Origin: Opitutia bacterium KCR 482
GTDB lineage: Bacteria; Verrucomicrobiota; Verrucomicrobiia; Opitutales; Intestinicryptomonadaceae
DNA length: 32,000 nt
Direction: 5' to 3'
NCBI GenBank assembly: GCA_029269845.2
Contig: CP149973.1
Span: 600,001 to 632,000 of the forward strand
Shown here: piece after piece, positions 25,080 through 32,000 of the stretch
Numbering within the stretch: position 1 is the stretch's first letter
Layout: each line of letters begins with the position of its first letter
Made by a program: the position numbers and the translations under genes
The notes under the pieces: generated by a model
What the model was told of the DNA's origin: nothing
What the model saw: the letters and a program-made list of their open reading frames with translations, nothing else
Database searches by the model: none

Positions 25080-26416
25080 AAAATCTAAGGGAACTCATAG
25101 CAAAATACGAAACTGCGGGGCCGCGCTACACCTCGTACCCCACCGCGCCGCACTTCTCGGCCGATGCCGACAAGCGGCGGCTCGCCCAGCTTGCGTTGGG
25201 CGCGGACTCGCCCGCGTCGCTCTACATTCACATTCCGTTCTGCGAGTCGCTGTGCCGCTTCTGCGGCTGCACGTCGAGCGTCTGCCGCGACCCGTCGAAA
25301 ATCGACGCCTACATAGAGCTTCTCCGCCGCGAACTCGAACTGTGGCGCGACGCGGGGCTTCCCAAACGCGCCCTCAAACAAATACATTTCGGGGGAGGCA
25401 CGCCCAACCTGCCGTCGGTCGAGCAAATCGGGAAAATCGGGGAACTCGTGCGCAAATACTTTTCGATTGACGCCGACTGCGAATTTTCCGCCGAGTTCGA
25501 CCCGCGCACGCTCACCGAAGACAAGGTGCGCGAGTTCGTGAAAATCGGGCTGAACCGCGCCTCGATGGGCATTCAGGACACGAACCCCGAAGTGCAAAAG
25601 GCGGTCAACAGAATACAGCCGCAGGATACGAACGCCGCCGCCGCAAAATGGCTGCGCGACGCGGGCGTATCGGAGCTTAACATAGACCTCATCTACGGGC
25701 TTCCCCTGCAAACGGCAAAGACTTTCGAAAAGACGCTCGAAGACGCGCTTTCGCTGAACCCGACGCGCGTCGCGCTATTCGGATACGCGCACGTTCCGTG
25801 GATAAAGCCCGTCCAGAAAACGCTCGAAAATTTCCGCATTCCCGCGCCCGAAGAAAAGGTCGAAATCTTCCTGCTGGCAAAGGATTTCTTCGAAAAAAAC
25901 GGCTTCGAATACGTCGGGCTCGACCACTTTGCAAAGCCCGACGACCCCCTGATTGCCGCCCGCAAAAACGGCACGCTCCACAGGAATTTTCAGGGCTACA
26001 CAACCCGCGCGGGGCTTGACACTTTCGCGGTCGGGCTTACGTCGATTTCCGAAACGAAGACGTCGTACCGCCAGAATTTCAAGGACATGGCGGCGTACGA
26101 AAACGCGCTTTCGCGCGGCGAGCTGCCGATTGAGCGCGGGATAATCCTCGACGGCGACGACATCATAAGGCGCGGGATAATCATGGACGTCATGTGCTCG
26201 CTGAAAGTATGCTACGGGAACTACGGAGTGGACTTCAAAAAAGTCTTCGAATCGGCGCTTCCGAAGCTGGCGGAAATGGAGCGCGACGGGCTTGTGAAAA
26301 CGTCGCCCGACGGCTTCGAAGTCGAGCCGCTCGGCAGGCTTTTCCTGCGGAACATCGCAATGCTTTTCGACGGACGCCTCGCAAAGGGCGCGCAACGCTA
26401 CTCAAAAACGATATAA
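25076..26416 (+). CDS. hemN: Oxygen-independent coproporphyrinogen III oxidase/dehydrogenase (radical SAM)
   Basis: The start is trimmed to the ATG at 25076 (ATGA overlap with the hemE stop). GPRYTSYPTAPHF is a HemN N-terminal hallmark. Radical-SAM motif CESLCRFC and GGGTP are present. Length 446 aa. Confidence 0.85.
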   Translation: MKNLRELIAKYETAGPRYTSYPTAPHFSADADKRRLAQLALGADSPASLYIHIPFCESLCRFCGCTSSVCRDPSKIDAYIELLRRELELWRDAGLPKRALKQIHFGGGTPNLPSVEQIGKIGELVRKYFSIDADCEFSAEFDPRTLTEDKVREFVKIGLNRASMGIQDTNPEVQKAVNRIQPQDTNAAAAKWLRDAGVSELNIDLIYGLPLQTAKTFEKTLEDALSLNPTRVALFGYAHVPWIKPVQKTLENFRIPAPEEKVEIFLLAKDFFEKNGFEYVGLDHFAKPDDPLIAARKNGTLHRNFQGYTTRAGLDTFAVGLTSISETKTSYRQNFKDMAAYENALSRGELPIERGIILDGDDIIRRGIIMDVMCSLKVCYGNYGVDFKKVFESALPKLAEMERDGLVKTSPDGFEVEPLGRLFLRNIAMLFDGRLAKGAQRYSKTI

Positions 26417-26428
26417 AAAAGGACATGC

Positions 26429-26926
26429 ATGAAACTGTTTCTGCTTCGGCACGCAAAAGCCCGCGACACTTGGCCGGACGCCGAGCGCGAACTGAGCGAA
26501 CACGGAATCGGGCAGGTGGAAAAGCTCGCCGCCGCCGTAGACGCCTCGCAATTCTACGATGTCGTGCAGATTTGGCACAGCCCCTACGTCCGCGCAGAGC
26601 AGACCGCGCGGATTTTCAGGGAGCGAACCGCCATGGGCGCGCAGCTTGTGCCCACGCCCTCAATCACCCCCGAAGACAGCCCCTACGAGGCCGCGCGGCT
26701 TGTGGCGTCGCTCTCGTGCTTCGGGAAGGATTTGATGATAGTTTCGCACAACCCGTTTCTCGAAAACCTCGCCGACATTCTGCTTGCGGGAACAAAGCGC
26801 GGCGGACGCGCGATATTCGACAAGTGCACGCTGGCGTCGCTCACAATGGAAGAGCCGCCCTCGCACGACATCGAATACGGGCTTTGGGCGCTGGACTTCC
26901 TGATTTCCCCGAAAATCATTCGCTGA
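26429..26926 (+). CDS. sixA: SixA-type phosphohistidine phosphatase (histidine phosphatase superfamily)
   Basis: 165 aa. MKLFLLRHAKA carries the RHG-type catalytic motif. SPYVRAEQTA and VSHNP fit SixA-like short histidine phosphatases. Confidence 0.7.
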   Translation: MKLFLLRHAKARDTWPDAERELSEHGIGQVEKLAAAVDASQFYDVVQIWHSPYVRAEQTARIFRERTAMGAQLVPTPSITPEDSPYEAARLVASLSCFGKDLMIVSHNPFLENLADILLAGTKRGGRAIFDKCTLASLTMEEPPSHDIEYGLWALDFLISPKIIR

Positions 26927-26949
26927 TATTTTCGAATAAGCCCAATCAA

Positions 26950-26990
26950 CAAAAAACGCCGAGCCCCTTTGCGGGATTCGGCGTTTTTTT
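26950..26990. terminator. Bidirectional rho-independent terminator between sixA and the efflux operon
   Basis: A6, then stem AACGCCGA/TCGGCGTT (26955-26985) with an inner CCC/GGG, then T7 (26984-26990). Confidence 0.8.
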
Positions 26991-27051
26991 GCGGCAAGCG
27001 CGGAAGCGTCGCCTCCCGCCTGCCGCGCCGCGCGTGCGCGACAGTTCGAGC

Positions 27052-28560
27052 CTATTTTGCGGCTTCGGGCGCGTAGTCCGAAGCGCGTTCGTAGAAGTCG
27101 GGCTTGATGTCGTTGCGGAGGGCGGAATCGTCGTCGTCTTTGGGAAGTTCCCAGCCGCCGCCGATTGCCGCGATGAAGTCTACGCACGCCTTGAATCTGT
27201 CGCCGCGCAGGCTGATTTGCGTGCGTTCGTTGGCAAGCGCAAGCCTCGAAGCGTCGCTGACCGAGAAGTAGTCAACAAAGCCCAAGTCGTACTGTTTGCG
27301 GGTAAGTTCGTAGACCTTTTTGGAGGCGTCGGTGACGGCGGAGCGTTTCGCGTATTCGTCGCGAAGATTGTTTATCGACGACATCGCGTTTTCGACCTCG
27401 CCGATTGCCGACAAGACCTTCGCCTTGTAGTTTTCGAGCGTCTCCTTGTGCGCGGCGAGGGCAACCTGCTTCTGCGCGTAAATGCGTCCCGCCTGAAAAA
27501 TCGGGATATAGATTTGCGGGCTTACGCCCCACGCAAAGCTGCTCGAATTAAGCAGTTTGTCTATTTTGTTCGCCGAAAGCTCGGTATTTGCGGAAATCGA
27601 AACGGTCGGAAAGAACGCCGCCTGCGCCGCGCCGATTCTCGCGTTCGCCGCGTAGACTTCGCGCTCTGCGGCGGCGATGTCGGGACGGCGTTCGAGCAGC
27701 TGCGAGGGCACTGCGGCGGGAAGCTTCGGCAGGACGTCGCCGAGGGGCGCGTCGTCGAGAACGAGCTTCGAGGGCGTTGTGCCCACGAGTATTGCGATGT
27801 TGTTTCGGGCTTTTGCGATATTCGAGCGCACCGACGAAAGCTGGGCGGCGGCTTCCGCCTCCTGCTCTATTGCGCGCTGCAAGTCGAGGTCGCTTGCGAA
27901 GTCGAGCTTTACCCTGTCGGAAATGAGCTTCGTCTGCTCTTTGCGGACTTCGAGCGTGCGTTCAAGCAGCTCCACTTCCGAGTAGTACTGGCGGATTGAA
28001 AAATACGATTTCGCAACCTGCGCCTGCATGGAAAGCATGAGGCTGTTGTAGGCGTCGAGGGTCGCCTGGGCGGTGGCGACGTCCGATTCGATAATGCTCA
28101 TGACGCGCCCGAACAAGTCCAAGTCCCACGTCATGCCAAGCCCCGTCGTCCACTTGTCGTAGCGAGAGTAGGCTTGGGTGAGGTTCTTGGAGGTCGCCGT
28201 GCGCATGAACGACGCGTTGCCGTTCATCTGCGGGTACAGCTGCGCCTCGTCCATGCGGGCGTTTTGGCGCGCCTGCTCCACGCGGTAGAACGCCGCCGAC
28301 AGCGACGGATTGTTCTTTTTGCACTGTTCGAGGAGCGAGTTCAGAACGGGGTCGTTAAAGATTTTCCACCAGTCGCCCTTGGGGAGCGATTCGGCGGGAG
28401 CCGCCTCTTTCCAAAGCCCGTCGTCGCGGAAGAAGTGCTCTTCGGAGAGGTCCTGCTTCGCGATTTCGGCGGTCGGCGGGACGTAGTCGGGACCGACCAT
28501 GCAGCCCGCGAGCGCGAGAGCCGCCGCCCCTGCAATCAAAGTATTCAAGTGTTTTTTCAT
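27052..28560 (-). CDS. RND efflux outer-membrane factor lipoprotein (NodT family)
   Basis: Lipobox LALAG|C followed by MVGPDYVPP, the NodT hallmark. 502 aa with two TolC-like repeats. Confidence 0.9.
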   Translation of the reverse strand: MKKHLNTLIAGAAALALAGCMVGPDYVPPTAEIAKQDLSEEHFFRDDGLWKEAAPAESLPKGDWWKIFNDPVLNSLLEQCKKNNPSLSAAFYRVEQARQNARMDEAQLYPQMNGNASFMRTATSKNLTQAYSRYDKWTTGLGMTWDLDLFGRVMSIIESDVATAQATLDAYNSLMLSMQAQVAKSYFSIRQYYSEVELLERTLEVRKEQTKLISDRVKLDFASDLDLQRAIEQEAEAAAQLSSVRSNIAKARNNIAILVGTTPSKLVLDDAPLGDVLPKLPAAVPSQLLERRPDIAAAEREVYAANARIGAAQAAFFPTVSISANTELSANKIDKLLNSSSFAWGVSPQIYIPIFQAGRIYAQKQVALAAHKETLENYKAKVLSAIGEVENAMSSINNLRDEYAKRSAVTDASKKVYELTRKQYDLGFVDYFSVSDASRLALANERTQISLRGDRFKACVDFIAAIGGGWELPKDDDDSALRNDIKPDFYERASDYAPEAAK

Positions 28561-28564
28561 TTTT

Positions 28565-31500
28565 TTACGCCTGTCTGTTTGTGTATTTTCTGCGTATTAC
28601 ATAGAAGAAAATCGGGGTAAACATCAGTCCGAGAATCGTGACGCCCAGCATTCCGAAGAACACCGACGTACCCAGAGCCTGACGGAGTTCCGAACCCGAA
28701 CCCTCCGAGAACGCGAGCGGCACGACGCCCAGAATGAACGCGAACGATGTCATTAGAATGGGGCGCAGTCTGTTGCGCGAAGCCATTTTGACCGCGTAGA
28801 CAACATCTTCCCCCTTTTCCTGTCTTTGTTTTGCGAATTCGACAATAAGTATGGCGTTTTTGCAAGCCAAACCTATCAAAACGACGAAGCCGATTTGCGT
28901 CATGATGTTGTTGTCCATGCCGCGCAAGTCTACGCCGCCTATCGCGAACAGAAGAACCAGCGGGACTACGAGGATAACAGCAAGCGGCAGAGTCCAGCTT
29001 TCGTACAGCGCCGAAAGCAGCAGGAACACGAAGAGCACGCATATGCCGAATATCACGATTGCCGTGTTGCCCACGCGCTTTTCTTGAAACGCCAAGTCGG
29101 TCCAGTCGATGCCCATGCCCGCAGGGAGCACGTCGGCGGCGACCTGCTCTATTGCCGCCATAGCCTGCCCCGTACTGTACCCCGGAGCGACGTTGCCCAT
29201 GACTTCGGCGGACGGGTACAGATTGTAGCGTCCCACGCTGTCCGGCCCTATTGTGCGCGACACCGTCGCGACCGAGCCGAGCGGCACGTTGACGCCGCGG
29301 ACGTTCGGCACTTTCATGTTGTAGATGTCGGTGATGTCGGTGCGCTGCGCGCCCTGCGCCTGCGCCATCACGCGGTAGACGCGGTTGAGAATGTTGAAGT
29401 CGTTTACGTACACCGAGCCCATATTGAACTGCATTGTGTTGAAAATCGACGAAATCGGAACGTTGAGCTTCTGCGCGCGCTCGCGGTCGATGTCGACATA
29501 GAGCTGCGGCGACGACACGCGGTATGTCGTGAACGCGAGCGAAATTTCTGGGCGCGACATCGCCTTTGCGGCAATCATGCGCGTGTATTTTTCGACCGCC
29601 GAAATGCCCAAGCCCATTCTGTCCTGAACCATCGCCTTGAAGTCGCCGCCCATGCCGATGCCGTTGACTGCGGGGGGCGTGAGGACGAACGTCGAGGCTT
29701 CGGGAACCTGCGCCTGCAAAATGCCGGAAACTTTGCCTATGATTTTATCGAGCGTGATTCCCTGCTTTATGCGCGAATCCTTCGGGGCGAGCTTTACGAA
29801 AATCGCGCCCGCGTTCGACGACTTCGAGAAGCTCGCGCCGTTCAGACCCGCGACGCACATGAAGTCTTGGATACCGTCGACCTTTTGGAGTAGCGACTGT
29901 ATTTTGGAAAGCGTAGCCTCCGTATGCGCAAGCGAAACGCCGTCGGGCAGCTGCGCGGTGATGAAGATGTAGCCCGTGTCCTGCTTGGGAATGAAGCCCC
30001 TCGGAGTGTTTTGGAAAAGGTAGGCCGTAGCCCCCAGCAGCCCCGCGTAGAGAATGAGGAACAGCGCCGACATGCGGACAATCCGCGCAACGAACGCGCC
30101 GTACCTGTCGGCGACCCACTCGAAGCCCGCGTTGAAGCCCCTGAAAAACCAGCCGAAGAGCGCGTTCCAGATGCGCGTAAACCAGTCGGGCTTGTCGGTG
30201 TGTTTTAGCATGATTGCGCAGAGCGCGGGCGAAAGCGTAAGCGAAACAATGCCCGAAAGGATTGTCGAAACCGCGATTGTCAGCGCGAACTGGCGGTAGA
30301 ACTGCCCCGAAATGCCCTCGATGAACGCCGTCGGGACGAACACGCTCGAAAGCACGAGCACGATTGCAATCAGCGCGCCCTGCACCTGCGTCATCGCCTT
30401 TTTCGTAGCCTCCTTCGCGTCGAGACCGTCGCGCATGTTGCGTTCCACGTTTTCGACGACGACGATTGCGTCGTCAACGACGATGCCGATTGCGAGCACC
30501 AAGCCGAACAGCGAAAGGTTGTTAATCGAGAACCCGAACAGGTACATGAAGAAGAACGTTCCCACGAGCGAAACGGGAATCGCGAAAAGCGGAATCACCG
30601 CCGCGCGCCAGTTTTGCAGGAACAGCATCATCACAAAAACGACGAGCAGAATCGCCTCGAAAATCGTGTGGTACACGGCCGAGACCGACGCGCGGATGTA
30701 TTCCGTGTTGTCGAGCGTCACCTTGTAGTCCACGCCCGCGGGGAACTCCTTGCGCATTTCGTCGAGCGCCTTGTAGATGTTGTTTACGGTATTGATGCCG
30801 TTCGTTCCGGGGAGCTGGTAGATGCCCATGCCCACGCACGGCATGCCGTTCATGGAGGATTCGTCGCTGTAAGTGTACGCGCCGAGCTCGATTGTCGCCA
30901 CGTCTTTGAGCAGCACCGTCTTGCCGTCGGGCGTGTATTTAATGATGATGTTTTCGAACTCTTCGGGAGTCGCCAAACGCCCCTGCGTGTTGATGATAAG
31001 CTCGTGCGCGACGTTCGGGTTGGCGAGCGGCGGCTGGTTGAGCTTGCCCGCCGCAACCTGCTTGTTCTGCTCGCGCAAAGCCGACACTACCTGCGAGGCG
31101 TTCATGTTGAAGTGCGCAAGCCTGTCGGTGTTGAGCCACACGCGCATGCTGTATTCGCGCTTGCCGAAAATGTTGACGTCGCTGACGCCGTATATGCGCG
31201 ATAGCCTGTCGACCATCTGCGTGATTGCGTAGTTGGTGAGGTACAGTTTGTCGCGGCTGCCGTCGGGCGAATAGAGGTTGCAGACAACGAGCATGTCGGG
31301 CGACCTCTTCTTGACGACAACGCCGATGTTGCGCACGTCGTCGGGGAGTCGGGGAGTCGCCATCGAGACGCGGTTCTGAACCTGAACCTGCGCGATGTCG
31401 ATGTTCGTGCCGAGCTCGAATGTAACGGTGATGGAAACCGAGCCGTCGGCGTTGCACTGGCTCGACATGTACATCATTTTTTCGACGCCGTTGATTTCCT

Positions 31501-31705
31501 GTTCGAGCGGCGCGACGACCGTATCCATGAGGATTTCGGGCGACGCCCCGGGATAGCTTGTCGAAACCGAGACCTGCGGCGGAACAACGTCGGGATACTG
31601 GGTAACGGGAAGCCTGAAATAGCCAACCACCCCGATTAGGGTGATGAGAATGGAAATGACCGCCGCGAAAATCGGCCTGTCTATGAAAAAGTGCGAGAAT
31701 TTCAT
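28565..31705 (-). CDS. RND multidrug efflux permease (HAE1, AcrB/MexB-like)
   Basis: 1046 aa. MKFSHFFIDRPIFAAVISILITLIGVVGYFRLPVTQYPDV is the canonical AcrB-family N-terminus. AIGIVVDDAIVVVEN motif is present. Confidence 0.95.
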   Translation of the reverse strand: MKFSHFFIDRPIFAAVISILITLIGVVGYFRLPVTQYPDVVPPQVSVSTSYPGASPEILMDTVVAPLEQEINGVEKMMYMSSQCNADGSVSITVTFELGTNIDIAQVQVQNRVSMATPRLPDDVRNIGVVVKKRSPDMLVVCNLYSPDGSRDKLYLTNYAITQMVDRLSRIYGVSDVNIFGKREYSMRVWLNTDRLAHFNMNASQVVSALREQNKQVAAGKLNQPPLANPNVAHELIINTQGRLATPEEFENIIIKYTPDGKTVLLKDVATIELGAYTYSDESSMNGMPCVGMGIYQLPGTNGINTVNNIYKALDEMRKEFPAGVDYKVTLDNTEYIRASVSAVYHTIFEAILLVVFVMMLFLQNWRAAVIPLFAIPVSLVGTFFFMYLFGFSINNLSLFGLVLAIGIVVDDAIVVVENVERNMRDGLDAKEATKKAMTQVQGALIAIVLVLSSVFVPTAFIEGISGQFYRQFALTIAVSTILSGIVSLTLSPALCAIMLKHTDKPDWFTRIWNALFGWFFRGFNAGFEWVADRYGAFVARIVRMSALFLILYAGLLGATAYLFQNTPRGFIPKQDTGYIFITAQLPDGVSLAHTEATLSKIQSLLQKVDGIQDFMCVAGLNGASFSKSSNAGAIFVKLAPKDSRIKQGITLDKIIGKVSGILQAQVPEASTFVLTPPAVNGIGMGGDFKAMVQDRMGLGISAVEKYTRMIAAKAMSRPEISLAFTTYRVSSPQLYVDIDRERAQKLNVPISSIFNTMQFNMGSVYVNDFNILNRVYRVMAQAQGAQRTDITDIYNMKVPNVRGVNVPLGSVATVSRTIGPDSVGRYNLYPSAEVMGNVAPGYSTGQAMAAIEQVAADVLPAGMGIDWTDLAFQEKRVGNTAIVIFGICVLFVFLLLSALYESWTLPLAVILVVPLVLLFAIGGVDLRGMDNNIMTQIGFVVLIGLACKNAILIVEFAKQRQEKGEDVVYAVKMASRNRLRPILMTSFAFILGVVPLAFSEGSGSELRQALGTSVFFGMLGVTILGLMFTPIFFYVIRRKYTNRQA

Positions 31706-31720
31706 TTCCGTTTGCCTCTT

Positions 31721-32000
31721 TTATTTGCCCTCTTCGAACTTGATTTCGGCGGGCGCGACTTTCGTTCCGGGGGCGGCGCGCTGCAGCCCAACGGCGACAA
31801 CCCTGTCGTCGGGCGAAACGCCTTCGTCAATCACGCGGTACTTGCCGAGCAGTCTGCCGACCTTCACGGGGCGGTACTGCGCGATGTCGTTTTTGTCGAC
31901 GACTACGACATAGCGGTTCACGAGGTCCGTGCCGATGATGTCTTCGGGCACGAGCACCACGGGGTGTTCCTTTTCGGCGAGCACGCTGATTTTCGCGAAC
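31721..32000 (-). CDS. RND efflux periplasmic adaptor (MFP), C-terminal part; 5' end outside the window
   Basis: The frame stays open to base 32000 (...FAKISVLAEKEHPVVLVPEDII...). The ORF-track start at 31984 is an internal GTG. The C-terminal YRPVKVG...V..GL..G..V pattern is typical of AcrA-like adaptors. Lies 15 nt upstream of the RND gene. Confidence 0.8.
   Translation of the reverse strand, partial: FAKISVLAEKEHPVVLVPEDIIGTDLVNRYVVVVDKNDIAQYRPVKVGRLLGKYRVIDEGVSPDDRVVAVGLQRAAPGTKVAPAEIKFEEGK

Noticed and set aside
1-32000. A search by eye for tRNA/rRNA genes, CRISPR arrays, IS elements, integrases, toxin-antitoxin pairs or defence-system genes.
   Set aside because: I found no T-loop-like GTTCGAATC in intergenic DNA and no regularly spaced direct repeats. 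I saw no transposase-, recombinase- or nuclease/ATPase-type ORFs outside the annotated housekeeping and glycan genes. The window looks like core chromosome plus glycan-utilisation loci rather than a mobile or defence island.
27052-32000. The RND efflux operon as a candidate novelty.
   Set aside because: It has the canonical MFP-RND-OMF order with 15-nt and 4-nt junctions and textbook family motifs. Nothing unusual is visible from sequence alone.

Overview
GC-rich bacterial chromosomal window. Gene content and codon usage suggest an anaerobic, glycan-degrading PVC-type organism (Verrucomicrobia/Lentisphaerae-like), but this taxonomy is inference only. I call 24 protein-coding genes, two of them cut by the window edges. 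I saw no tRNA, rRNA, CRISPR array, transposase or integrase. Left third: a minus-strand operon of an SGNH-like esterase plus three tandem exported GH99-like (WbsX-family) paralogs; a lone Nim/PNPOx-family gene; and a NifU-like + GGGtGRT gene pair of unknown function. Middle: a three-gene secreted glycosidase operon (clan GH-A-like TIM barrel, five-bladed propeller, six-hairpin enzyme); lptF/G-purD; an exported xylose-isomerase-like TIM-barrel protein next to a TAT-exported Gfo/Idh/MocA oxidoreductase; and asd. Right third: a tightly coupled plus-strand operon (YkuD L,D-transpeptidase, sigma54-dependent response regulator, murJ, hemE, hemN, sixA), followed by a minus-strand RND efflux operon (MFP-RND-OMF). 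Intergenic DNA carries clear intrinsic terminators, a few sigma70-type promoter candidates, and a family of modular GC-rich hairpin repeats placed 3' of minus-strand genes. The items most worth follow-up are the uncharacterised NifU-like/GGGtGRT module with a possible sigma54 promoter, the esterase + triple WbsX-like exported locus, the periplasmic oxidoreductase/TIM-barrel pair, the hairpin repeat family, and the orphan sigma54 activator co-transcribed with sixA. All family assignments come from reading motifs by eye; no database search was run.
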